DNA of 63,212 bases, the filler included, from Sphacelaria rigidula (Eukaryota): NCBI GenBank assembly GCA_964200075.2. It is 8 parts of 8 records of this genome, joined end to end, with 100 filler letters (N's around TTAATTAATTAA, not from the genome) between each part and the next. Parts side by side here need not be neighbours in the genome. Positions count along the whole stretch, not along the records: positions 47,488 to 55,300 come from CAXNAA020013373.1; positions 55,401 to 63,212 come from CAXNAA020013374.1; 6 more parts are not named here. One strand, 5' to 3'. A program made the translations under genes and the position numbers. The notes beneath the pieces are model-generated. The model saw only the letters and a list, made by a program, of their open reading frames with translations, searched no databases and was not told the DNA's origin. Shown piece after piece: positions 49,548 to 61,240 of this stretch (position 1 is the first letter of the stretch; each line of letters starts with the position of its first letter).

Positions 49548-51882
49548 ATATATCAAGCCTTCGAGCCCCTTTGTTTATTTGCTACTGTTGATCAACAGTC
49601 ACGAGAACCTGTGTGTGTGAATCACATATCTGCAGCTTGTTCTCCTCGGACACATTGCACTTTGTGCACCTTACCAAGCCTGCAGCACATTGATCTATCA
49701 AGGAAAGTGTGTGGAGCTTGTCCATACCTACCTATCCTTATTACACTGGCGTTGACTAATTGGTCGTGTCTCACTTGGTTTTTCAGTAGCCTTTCACTCG
49801 TATTCTTGTAGCTTCGTTACCTTGTTTAGCTGTCTCTTTCTGTAGCCCAAGCTTGCTGCCCCTTACGTTTGGTTCACCTTGTAATATTCCTCTCGCTAGT
49901 AGCAGTTTCAACAGTCCTCGGTTTTCATTTAGCTTTTAGAGTGCTTTCTTTTTGCTGTGTTACAATGCTGTAGCTCTGCATTCCTTCAGTTACATCTTCC
50001 CCGCATCAGCCACAATTGCGCCTCCACCGCTGGCGCACTCGGTCTTTGTCCTTCTCCTGCTTTGGTCACTCCTTTTGCTGAGCCGCACTCTTGATCTGTA
50101 GTGCCCTTGCTCTATTGTCATCGTCCTTCCTGCCCCACATCGCTCGCCGAATATTCCACCCAGCGCTGTGTCAGATTGCTTGTTGGAAACCCTTGCGGAC
50201 AGTGGACATTATACCTTACTGGACAGATCCAGAACACGCCGCTTTTATCCCACGGCGAAAGCGACTATTCCTTTCTCCTTGCAGGACATTGACACTAATT
50301 GTGTGCCGCTGCTGTGTCTACAGTGCGGTGCCCTCTTACTCTTGACACTGACTGTTTTAGTGTTTTGGTTTATCACTCACAAACCGCACGCTTCCTTTTT
50401 CCGGTGCAGCAACTGTGTAGGTATAAATGCCGCCCCACCGTGTAGCAATACTCTAGTACACATTATCTGTTCTTTCGCGTCACAATCTGCCCTAACACAA
50501 TTGACAAATATCGGTGCTGTCCTTCTGTCACTGAATCCTTCATCAGGTTTCTACAACACCCCAGCGCCGCTTTTATATGTTTCGCTGGGTGTGCACTACG
50601 CGATCCACTTTTCATCTTTGGGTTGTGTATTACGCGACGCGCTTTTCATCTTGTGTGTGTGTACCGGGTGATCCATTTTTCATCTCTCGTGTGTGTACTA
50701 CGTGACACATTTTTCTCTTTTGGTTCTGTACTGCGGATCCACCCTTTGGTTGTATCCTACGTTATCCACCTTTTTCCTCTTCGGCGCTGTACTACCTGGT
50801 TCGTTTTACGATTTACTGTTTTTTTTTTCAAAATTTCGTATTCCCCTGTAATCCTTTCAGTCCGGTGCCTGATTTGCCCCAACATTAGTGTTTCACTCGG
50901 CTGCTACGGCTGTCTCTTCTTGGACCCCTGCACTTGACTTCAGTGTTTCGCACCCTCGCTGCCGCGCTTTTGATTCTCTTTCTGTATTGAATTTCAAAAC
51001 TATTTACACATCGCTTTCACTTTGGCCACGTGATCTACACTAGTCTTGGTGCCTACTTTCGCGGTTTCAAGCTGTGTTTTTCTACATTTCCTGTGTGCGG
51101 TGTCCTACTTGCACCATTGAAGTACCCTTGTGCAGTGTGTGCCTGGCCACTGAAGTACCCCTGTTGCTTTTGACGTGCACAGTGCGCCGTCGGACATCTG
51201 TCCGAGTGTCTGCCTTCTTTCACAGTCGCCTCATTGTTAGGTTTTACTCTTGCGCCAAACCTCTCGTGCGACAACTGTTGGGTTTATCTGTAAGTTTGTT
51301 CCTTTGTGACTATTAATACCTTTGGTACACCCTCAGTGCGCCTCCCTCCGGTCTCCCATACATGGTTTCCTCTACAGGTATCGTATTTCTGCCGCAGTTC
51401 CTCCCTTTTCGGCGTTTAGCTTCAGTTCTTCACCTGTTTGCTCTGCTGTCTGCCTTTTCGGTACTTGGAATTGCTGAGATTACGCTGATTTTTATCATCA
51501 CAGCAGTTTACTCTATTTCGGTGTACCTCCATTTATAAGTTCTGTAGTCTATACTGCTCAGTTTTTTCGGTACTTACCATCTCCTGCCGAGCCTACACTA
51601 CCTGCTATTATTACACCAGAACTATTGTACTCTGGTGTCTGGTGTCTATTTCTACCTCTTCAATTTAATATGGCGCAACCGCAGAAAATAAGTCTCCCCT
51701 CGGCCCTCCCTCCTGACCAATCTTTACGCCGTCAGCGTTTTCTTTAATCAAGTCCTTCAAAACCATCCACTTTTACTTCCCCTGTACACGAAGAAGTAAA
51801 ATCTGACAGAACTTCGGCGCTCTACTCTGGCGACTTTACGTCTCAAGACTTGGCCCCTACTGGAGACCACGACCGCCATTTG

Positions 51883-52175
51883 TCCAAGACTTCCAACATG
51901 ATCGACGAGTCGCTACGCGCTCGCTCTGTTGCGAAACGCACACCGTCCAAGACTTCTGACATGATCGCCGAGTCGCTACGCGCTCGCTCTGCCGCGAACC
52001 CTCCACTGTCCAAGACTTTCAACCTGATTAATGAGTCGCTACGCGCTCGCTCTGTTGTGAAACGCACACCGTCTCGTAGTTCTGACATGTCTGACGAGTC
52101 GCCACGCATTTCCACTGTTGCGAAACGCAAACCGCTCCAGGCTTCCGCCACGGGTATCGACTCACTCCGCGCCCG
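51883..52175 (+). repeat. Coding tandem repeat, ~63-66 nt unit, 4-5 copies
   Basis: Encodes SKTSNMIDESLRARSVAKRTP-like units. Confidence 0.85.
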
Positions 52176-53951
52176 CGGTGTTGACGAACGGCACTCGTCC
52201 ATGCCTTCCGACGTTCTCGGCACGACGCACAACGGTTCCGATGCCTTACCACGTCCGTGACGACATGACATGTATGGTGAGGACACTTCTGTTCGCCAGC
52301 CCCCGCGCCGGACATCCTCCTCGCGTCTTGGCCGCTCAGCAGAGCCTTCCACGGGGCACTTCTTGCCTCTAGCCGCGTCTCTTGAGAATTTTCTCCGTTC
52401 ATCACCGGCTGTCATTTCAGATGATCCGGCGACAACGGCCCTCTCACAAGCGCTTGCGGCCGCGTTTCACACAGCCGTTCACCATTCGGCGTCTTCCGAT
52501 CATGTTCACTTTGACAGTAGTGCGAACCAACGGGCCTCTGTCCCAGCGCATGAAAGCTCTGATAATGCACGTTCGACCTCAGATGTTCCCTCTGTTTTCG
52601 ATTTGGATGGTGATGACATTCTTCACCATGGCGATACTACTACTCATGTCCATGACGTACGTCCTCTGTTATCGGGATTATCATCAATCACGGGATCCTC
52701 ACGACCTAAATCTGTCGATCGGACCCATGTGCGTCCACCGTTGCCCGTGGATACCTCGTCGCCTGACATTCACGCACCTTTGCGAGACGGACGCAGCACT
52801 AACCGTGCCCTTCCGCCCTACCCTGATGCTGCCACTGTACGTGCGGTGGAACGACAAATTGCAGATCTTCGTCGACACCTACGATCTGCTCCCACCATGG
52901 CTCTCACCCAGGCACCTTCGACCACCGCTCCTATCGCGGCCGCTTCAGCTCCTGCGGCTGCAGACATCGACACAGATACTGAGAGCATCCGTGTCACGCC
53001 CCCCGCCCCCACCGCGGCGGCGACTGCAGCTCCCGACACGGCGGCCGCGGATGCCACCCCCATCACGGCCACTGATGCGGGATTGGACACTTCGCCGCAG
53101 GATTCTACTGCCACGGGTTCGGCTCCGGCGCCTGCACCAGAGTCTCTCACGGACGACCGCCCCCTGTTGGGCGTCGAGCATTGCCTGCCGGACCTCCTGC
53201 CCCGGCTCTGGTTGCGTGGTCCCCGCTCAGACCAGGAGCAAATACTTGCTGAGTACCAGGCATTGCAACCGGACACACCCCCTGCGCCGCCCTCACCCCG
53301 CCAATCGGCGGAGTCCGCTGCTCCTACTACCCTTCTCGATAACTTCACGGCACGTCTCACGCGCCAACGTCGAGCCGTCGATTCGGCGACCAGCCGCCAG
53401 CAGGTGACCCAGGAGACTCTAAATGAGCGTCTCGCTGCCTTTGACAAGATGCGCGACACCATCCGGCGCGGTGAACACCGCCGGCGCCAATACACCGCGG
53501 CCACGGCCATCGCCACCTCGGCTCTCCGATCCTTGGAACAGGAGCGACACCTTCCTCTTCTGAGGACAACGCCGACCGCGTCAGTGCCTGCTCCTACCTC
53601 TGCACTTACAGGCTCAGCGGAGACCCGTCAGCTCTCGCGCTCATACGCTGCTGCTGCCGCCCCTACAGCCTTGCCTGCGCGCACTTCACCAGCGCAACTC
53701 CAGGCCCCTCAGGCCTCAATGCGCCCTGCCCTCACACCTTGGCTCCGCGTTCAGGGCAGCGAACGATCTTGGCTTTCGTGGACGCTCCGCCAACTTTCGG
53801 GCAAGTATCATCGCACCAACGTTCTCCGCGCCTCCGAGCAGGCTTGGCGCTCGCTCACACTGCCCATAAACAGTGTGATCGCCCCCTTCCTTCAGCAAGG
53901 GGGACAACTGCCTAACAACGACCCGGGCGCTCTCACTATTGAACAACTGGT

Positions 53952-54202
53952 GAGTTATCCTAAGATAGGGGGGGGGGGTGTTTGATCGCACGGGGGAAAA
54001 GGCTGATAAGTGTATCAGATGACCTGCAACACTCGCGATGCGCTTGTATTTGGTTCAAAACGGTGTCAATCGGTATGAATGAGCGTTATGTATCTAAAAC
54101 AAGCTCGTTCGTGCAACCGTTGCTGATCTCAGCGGCGATTTGCCTTGAAATTTCGTGCAAGAAGTGGCCCAATATACCCCCCACCCTATCGTAGGATGAC
54201 TC
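53952..54202. mobile_element. 251-bp MITE with GAG...CTC termini and 4-bp TSD (Sola-like)
   Basis: TGGT|GAGTTATCCTAAGATAGGGGGG...CCCCCACCCTATCGTAGGATGACTC|TGGT. Confidence 0.88.
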
Positions 54203-56428
54203 TGGTACTGTACCTAACGATCGGTACCGGGGACAATCGTTCCGCCTACGAGACCGCCGTCGCTGCCCTTTTCACGGCTATGCGTGCCGCCCATAACACG
54301 CTACCACCCGACGATGATGATGCTTGGATCACACCCCGACAGTGGTGATGAGACGACGACTTCGACGACGACCAACCCGGCGCCGAACCGCGCCGCGGTT
54401 AGGGCACTACCCGTAAGCACAACAATGGTCGCCGTACAACCCGGGGTAGCCATAAACGCTCCGGCAACCAATCTTCAAGCTCGTCTACAACCAGACACCG
54501 TCAGTACGCCTCAACGTAATCCACACGGCCCTCACCGGTCGTCAGGCAAGTAACGCCTCCCATAGCAGATGCGTCTGCTCGCCTTCTAGGTCTTACTGAT
54601 AGTGATGGTGACAATTCGGCTCGCCCATTGTCTTCTACCTCGGCTCGGTCACTAGCTGCCGCCGCAGCAGCCAAACAACAAGCTGCCGCTGATAAAGCCG
54701 CTTCCGATACTCGTAGAGAAGCATCTCGTGTCGTTGCCATCAAGCGTGAGTACTTACAGATGGATGTTAAAAAACTCTGGCATATCAAAACCATGCCTGC
54801 TGCAGATAATAAGGACTCTGGTCAGTTTGAATTCGCTCTCCTTTCCTCGATGCGTCGAACTATGCGCAACATCCTTGAGTTGGCCGACGCAATTGGACAA
54901 CAACGTTTCGAAGACTCCGACTGGATTGATGGATGGCAAACCCCGTTACACAAGGCTTTACATCGCTCAATCAGCCGTCGCTCGCCTGACGTTGCTGCTT
55001 CTTTGACGCAGATTCTCGACTCCTTCTTCCAAGCAATGGATCAAGATTGTGCCGGCGGGAAAACAGCGCCGCTACTATCCGGCAATCTGGAAAGGGGCAT
55101 CATAAGTTATTTTGATAAGTTTGATCGGGCAGGCGCCATCAAGCGCCTCAGTTCCTTCGCCGTGGCAACACCCGTGCCCTTTGCTGACTACCTACGCGAA
55201 TTCAAGCTTTTGGTGTCTAGTGTAACTGGTGTTGGCCGACAGAATGGCCCTAGTGATGCTATGTGTCAGACACATGTTCGCAATAGTATCGCTCAGCAAT
55301 NNNNNNNNNNNNNNNNNNNNNNNNNNNNNNNNNNNNNNNNNNNNTTAATTAATTAANNNNNNNNNNNNNNNNNNNNNNNNNNNNNNNNNNNNNNNNNNNN
55401 AGGAGCCCCCCTGCTAAAAGGGGGGGCGGGACCCAGTACAAACACCAAAAAAAAAAAAAAAAATGCCCCCCCCCCCCCCCCCCCCTCCCTACTTCGGAAG
55501 TGGCGCTAGCGGACAATAAAACAACTCATGAAAGGCTGTCATCCAAATGCAAGATAACCAGTAGGCTTCGGGCCGAACAATTTAGCAGGATGCAGCTTAC
55601 CCTCCGTGCAACTCGCCGAACACACCACAGCGCTTCGCGCTTGGTGGTTGAGTGCGAGCCTGGTTCGGCGAAAAACCGGCGTGCTCCGTCCCGGCTTTGT
55701 CGGGATGCAAGGTCCATGGTCTGATGACTATGACATGCATGATCATGAGTATACTCCCCCCTACTTCGCATGTTTCTTACAACATTATCCAGCACCTATC
55801 CGCTGTCCTTTCTATAGCAAGCTAATCTTTCGAACCGGTCACGCCGTGTTCACCAGAATCTATTTTCGAGGGAAAGGGTGTGAGCTCAGTAACTGAAATC
55901 CAATCGCTGGGTGACCGGCAAAAACTTCTATCCACTCGAAATCAGGACGGGCATACGGACCGTAACACAGAGAGTACAAATTTGGCACGCGTAGTAAGGT
56001 AATGTGCGTGTATGACATTTGTCTGGAAATAGACAGCCAAGCATAAAAACAATAAACACGAACGCGATGCAAAGTATTCTTGTGGTGTCCTTCATTTCTG
56101 CGTGACTGATGGTGACAGCAAATCGTCCTTTTCACGTGGTGCATTTGCATTGACAGATATATTATCCTGCCACTGAGACGGGGGACAATCACGACGAATC
56201 TCTGCGCCTAGGGTACCTCACGTGGAGAAAACCGACGTGCTCTGCTCCACATGCTTCTCCACACTGGTGTATCTCTCTCTACAAACGAATGCTGACGATA
56301 GAACCACGGAGAGATGTGCGAACTGCAGTTCCATTGGGCTACGGTATCTGCTGTTTTACCGCGCTTCCGCTGGCTGTCCCTATCGCGATCTTGGTACTTT
56401 AACGACCGCCACCACCAGCACGATGCGC

Positions 56429-56692
56429 TGTGTGAACGTTTGTGTGTTTGTGTTTGTGTCTGTGTTGTGTGTGTGTTCGTCCCATTTATTCTGGCAGTGT
56501 GCACCTTCCGATGTGTGTGGGCATTCCAGCGGGGGTCACACAGAAAGGAGGCCACACAAAAGTATTTTTTTTTTTTGTCTCCACCTTTCTGCTGCAGTGC
56601 CTACCTTCTATCTATTTTCACGAGAAGGGATCGACGGTGGTTCCCGTCCCTCTTCTTTACTCACGAAATAATCGCTTTCCGCTGTTAGGCAT
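56429..56692 (-). mobile_element. 5'-truncated copy of the tRNA-derived SINE
   Basis: TG-rich tail, then CCCATTTATTCTGG...GGGTCACACAG...ATAATCGCTTTCCGCTGTTAGGCAT, aligning with 9690-9945. Confidence 0.75.
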
Positions 56693-57050
56693 ATTGTGAC
56701 ACACAATGCAGCAGCGATACACTGTCCGTAACGAACGCTCATAGCAGCATGACGTGTGGTCTAACTTGTAGCCGGTCCGTGGCATCCATTGTATCCTATC
56801 CGTCGAACCTGTTTACACACTATTTCACCTATTTCTTTCGCCGAGCATCTCTCTAACCACGCTCTCTGCCGCACGCCAGTCCCCCTTCCACCCATATCCC
56901 GCCACCAGGGCTTCGTAGGTGAAGGGATCAGCGCTCACGCCCGCGGCGCTCATTTCCTCCCGCGTCTTGAGTGCCTGTTTCGTGTTTCATCGTTTCACCG
57001 TTTCATTGTTTACAAGTAAGTATCAAAATCATCAACATGCAATAGGTTGC

Positions 57051-57364
57051 CCCGGTGACTCAGTTGGGAACCTCGAAACCTTCTGGTTGTTAGAACTTGG
57101 GTTAGAATCTCGGCGAAGTCACACAATCTGTGATTTTCTTTTCTCACATCTCACTCAACGGTGGAGAGCGATTATGCCGTGAGTACACAAAGGTTGACTT
57201 CACCGTCGACGAGGAAAAGAGACCGTCGAACCCTTCTCGAGATTAAAATAAAGGCAAGCAAAGCAAAAGGAACGTCGAGGACTAAACAAAATGGAGGTGT
57301 TAAAGTCCTGTGTGACCGCGGCTGATGCGCCCACACATGCTGAAAGGTGTACACTAGCGTCCAG
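57051..57364 (+). mobile_element. tRNA-derived SINE copy
   Basis: A box TGACTCAGTTGG (57056-57067), degenerate B box GGTTAGAATC (57100-57109). Body GGAGAGCGATTATG..GACTTCACCGTCGACGAGG..CCTGTGTGACC is the reverse complement of 9710-10030. Confidence 0.78.
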
Positions 57365-57794
57365 GGGATGGCAACTATAGACTCTGGCCACAATTGTTAC
57401 CGAGGTCAGGAACATGAATTTAGGCGGAACAATGCGCAGTAGGCGGGTCCACAGCTGGTTGATGGATCGCGGGTCTGCGGGTCTGATCGGTGGACTCTAT
57501 GAGTGTTTTGCCTCGACGGCATGTGAGGTTGGTTTTCACTCTATGGGAAATAAGCTGGGATGCCGCTCTCCAGTTTAATGAATAGCTAGGGGTTAATGTA
57601 TTAATAACAATAGTCGGTGAACTATCCGTGCCCTAGAATGGGAGGAGATTGTGTGGCTGTCTGGTCTCGAGTGCAGAGCCCTAAATAACACACACATCGT
57701 GCTGCTGCAGCTGCTGCAGCTGCTGCTTGCTAGTCTGCTCTCAAGTCCATCGAGAATGAATATGGTGCCTGTTCAATTCTCAAATAAAAACTAT

Positions 57795-58762
57795 GTCGAT
57801 TCCACAAGTGAAAAGTAGTTGAAACAAACAATACCTCCGAGTATCGAAGGGTCCGTTAAGACATCAAGAGAGGAAATGCATTGAACAGAACTCGTCGCAA
57901 CGCCACAGCACCATGCAAAACATAGCGTGGGGAGCAAATGTACTCAAACCCCAACCAGAAACAGAACGCATCCCAGTCTCCAGCGAAAAAAAGCAAGCGA
58001 AATGTCTACTGAAAGGTATCAGCGCAAAATATGTACTTCAAAAGCAAGCAAAGAAGAAACGCGGGCTTCTGACTGCTTGACAGCGAAATGATATCTGTCC
58101 GAAGGGAGGGGATTTGAACGACAGCATGAACGATAAGGTTAGACTGAACATGGCCTGTTCCATTTTCAAGTGTAAATAATGCCGATTCCACAAATGAAGG
58201 GCAGTCGAGAGGATGATACCTGCGAGTGTCGAAGGGTCCATTGAGGCGTCGATGGAGGGAGTGCGTTAAACGGAACGCATCGCAATGCCATAGCACCATG
58301 CAGGACACAGCGCGGAGAGCAAATGCAGTCAAAACCCAAGAAGGAACAGAAGGTACCCCAATGTCCAGTGAAATGCAAGCGAAATGTTCGGAGAGAGGTA
58401 TCAGCGAAAAAATCGTACCCTGAAATCAAGTTAAGACAAAATGCTGACTTCTCAGACGTCAAGAGCAAAATGACACCTGTCTGCAGGGACGACATTTGAC
58501 CGAAAATATGATACAATGAATAATAGAAGGTTTTTGGCGCTCTGCGCCACCGCCCACATTGAGCGATTCCAAGGCAAAGGATAACGTCTAGGGTTCAGAG
58601 CTGAAGATATGCTTTGGGGGTAGTTTCGAAATGTGAAGAAATGAATGGGATCCTAGAGCGAGGCTTCGCGCCACCGCTCAAATCAAGCGATTCCGAGGCG
58701 CAGAGTACTGTGGGGTGTTCAGGGCTGAAGATATGATCTGGAGGTCGTTTCTAAATGTAGCA
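57795..58762. repeat. Old tandem duplications (~386-bp unit x2, then ~124-bp unit x2)
   Basis: 57795-58130 aligns with 58181-58512 (CGATTCCACAA..TCGAAGGGTCC..AGCACCATGCA..GCAAGCGAAATGT). 58538-58640 aligns with 58662-58762. Confidence 0.75.
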
Positions 58763-59744
58763 TAAAACATGGACCTCTGGAATGAGGATAAGCCCTTGTG
58801 TGTTGGCTGGGGATTGCATGCGCTCGGATAGTTTATAGGTCACGATTAAACTGCACAAAATTTAATCGTTATTCCTCGATTATCGTCGACGAGAACATCT
58901 CACAGAAAATAGGAAGCCCAACTGTACAGAACTCATCATCATTCGTCAAAAGTCGTCAATACGAAGACCTCACAAAATGCACTGATTCTGAACTGCTCCC
59001 GTGCAACACCAAAATCAATCGTTGGGTGCACAGAAGACACCACGGCTCAAAGGGTAGGGGCTGAAAAGGTGCACTGGGAAACTCGTTATCAGAGTGCTCA
59101 ACGCTACATACTTTACCAGACCACCACAACTTGAGGGAAACCTTTTACGAGCCCAAGGAGTTGTAAATAGGCGACGCACCCAGGGCGCCTACGTGGTACC
59201 ACAGGCCGAAGTCTCGCGCGCCCGATTCTGACAACCGACGAGTCTTGACCAATTCATCTGAATTTGGACCAATATGTGAGCTAACGTTACCTCTCTCTTG
59301 TTTCGGCTATTTCAGTACATTCAAAACGTCATCAAAAGTCCAAAAAATGGTGCATGGCACCTACGACTACACAATGAGATCTCCCATGTCTTTTTCCCAG
59401 GGATGGGGAAGTAGCCGTGCACGGGGGTGGTATCCGCCATCTTCTCTTGTCGCAAACAAACGGTGGTCCTCTTAAGTACCCCAGGGGTATATAGAAAAAG
59501 TGTCGATGTTTTGACGATACCTCTCAAGCGCTCACAAGCATCATCATATAGATCGCCCTCAACCGACTAATATATCGAATAACCACCCCACCGAGTGAGG
59601 GTTTTTGCGGAGAAGATATGCTCTTTCTATCGTCGTGGAGGGGGGGGAAGGGTGATTTTAAATCAGCAAGTAGGATATACACCTTCTAGTGACCACTAGC
59701 GTGTCCCATTCGTGTTTAACAGGGCCTGACGGTAGATTATGTAC

Positions 59745-59988
59745 CTCATCCATCATTCCGGCAGCCGCACAAGCCCTGATGACCGAGTTGTAAGAAAGGT
59801 AGTCCAGCCGAGTTGAAGACGCCACCCCGGACAGCAACTGCCGCGCCTCTCGCCACCGTCCCTCCCGAGACAGTCCTTGCAATGCCACATTGTAGCACAC
59901 TGAATTGGGCGCGGGCGCTTTGCTGTTCTCGTCGCGCATGTTCTTTAGGGTCTGCAACGCTAGGTCAAGCTTGCCGCCTCGCGCACAC
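59745..59988 (-). CDS. Pentatricopeptide repeat (PPR) protein, internal exon
   Basis: CARGGKLDLALQTLKNMRDENSKAPAPNSVCYNVALQGLSREGRWREARQLLSGVASSTRLDYLSYNSVIRACAAAGMMDE contains about two PPR motifs. CCCCCAG acceptor; donor GAG|GTACAT; 244 nt. Confidence 0.88.
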
Positions 59989-60149
59989 CTGGGGGTTTCA
60001 TATGAGCGGACGAGAGGAGGTTGTAGGTGGAGCGTGGGTGCCCAACGAAGAGGACGAGACGGGTTTACCCCAGTGCGGTGACGATAAGAGATGTTTGACA
60101 CATTCTTGGTTTTGTCAATGACTGACGTTTCCGCTTGGTGTAACGCTGA

Positions 60150-60345
60150 CTTTATTGCTTCATTTATAGATTCAACACTAGGTTTCACGCTATCGCTAGG
60201 TCTGACGCTACGTTTCACGCTTGCTTTAACGCTAGATATAACGCTAGATATGAAAGCTAGGTTTTGAAGCTAACGCTAACGCCAACGCTTAACGCCAACG
60301 CCAACGCTAACGCTACCGCTGACAATACCGCTACCGCTAACCCCA
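60150..60345. repeat. Degenerate hexamer (AACGCT/AACGCC) microsatellite
   Basis: TAACGCTAACGCCAACGC-type run. Confidence 0.7.
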
Positions 60346-61074
60346 AACCGAGGCAGACCGCGTGCACGGTGCGCGAGCGCCTAGGATCGTACACCCCATG
60401 AAGATCCTAAAATGGTGGTCTACAATAAAACCAGGTATCCGTTTAATCATCGCTTGTTCACGTCGATCTACGGCAAACCTCTACTGAAGAGGATAGCAGC
60501 GATGGCAGCCCCGGGGAGACGGAGGGAGGCGACAGCGACGACAGCAACAGAAACAGGACAACATCTAAACCTAGGCCCGGCTACGCAATGACGTGGGGTG
60601 AAAGTGCAGCATCCCACGGATGTTTCGGGTGTATAGAGGGTAACGTCCGAGTTCGACTTGTTTCCACGTTAAAGAGAGAAAATTCTACGATGAATATTGA
60701 ATACTACACTCGTCGCATTTCCACATAAAAATGACTGAACCAACCGTCACGTCACCGAGGAGCTTTGTGGATCAAGAAAATATCCAATGCGGTGGCCTTC
60801 CGCACTCATGCTGTAACCGGGTTGGCGGATATAAAGTTGCGCCCCTATTCCGATGTTTTTTTTACTCAGCCGAAATGTCAACAGAGGAAGGGAATGTGTA
60901 AATGAATGGTACCCGTGTGGTCGTAGCTGGGGATGTGAGGGAGACGAGGTGCCTACTTCGATTCTCGAATTGCTTGACATGAGATGAAAACTTGAGGCTT
61001 CAATACGGTATCTATTTTCCCGTTCTGAGGCCATTTCTTACGGTTGGGTGTTTGGGGCAGGCGGAGGGGAGTGG

Positions 61075-61240
61075 ATTTTTCATTTTTGGGACATTTGACC
61101 CAGTTTGTGACCCCCAAACAGGTGACATTGCCGTCACATGTCTTCAACACTTTGCACCACCCCGCTGAGAGGAGTGTCGCCCCTTTTTTCCAATTCGCTT
61201 GGCTCCAAGGTTTCGAGAATGGCCTCTAAACAAAAATCTA
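61075..61240 (+). repeat. Dispersed copy of the left arm of the 1151-1628 foldback family
   Basis: Shares CCCCCAAACAGG...GAGAGGAG...AATTCGCTTGGCTCCAAGGTTTCGAGA with ~1215-1370. Confidence 0.75.

Larger units (their letters stand above)
51670..55300 (+). pseudogene. Long disrupted Gag-like ORF1 of a retroelement (LTR or DIRS/Ngaro type), truncated by the contig end
   Basis: ATG 51670 and track ORFs 51850 and 52270 share a frame. Removing the 53952-54202 insert plus one TSD joins this frame to ORFs 54145 and 54628. Ala/Pro/Thr-rich and coiled-coil segments, then a helical C-terminal domain (FDKFDRAGAIKRLSSFAV..PFADYLREFKLLVSSV). Family assignment is from recall, not a search. Confidence 0.6.

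Noticed and set aside
6290..59988. Functional cluster of proteasome, kinase, RNase II and PPR genes
   Set aside because: Each gene is on a different contig, joined only by the assembly linker.
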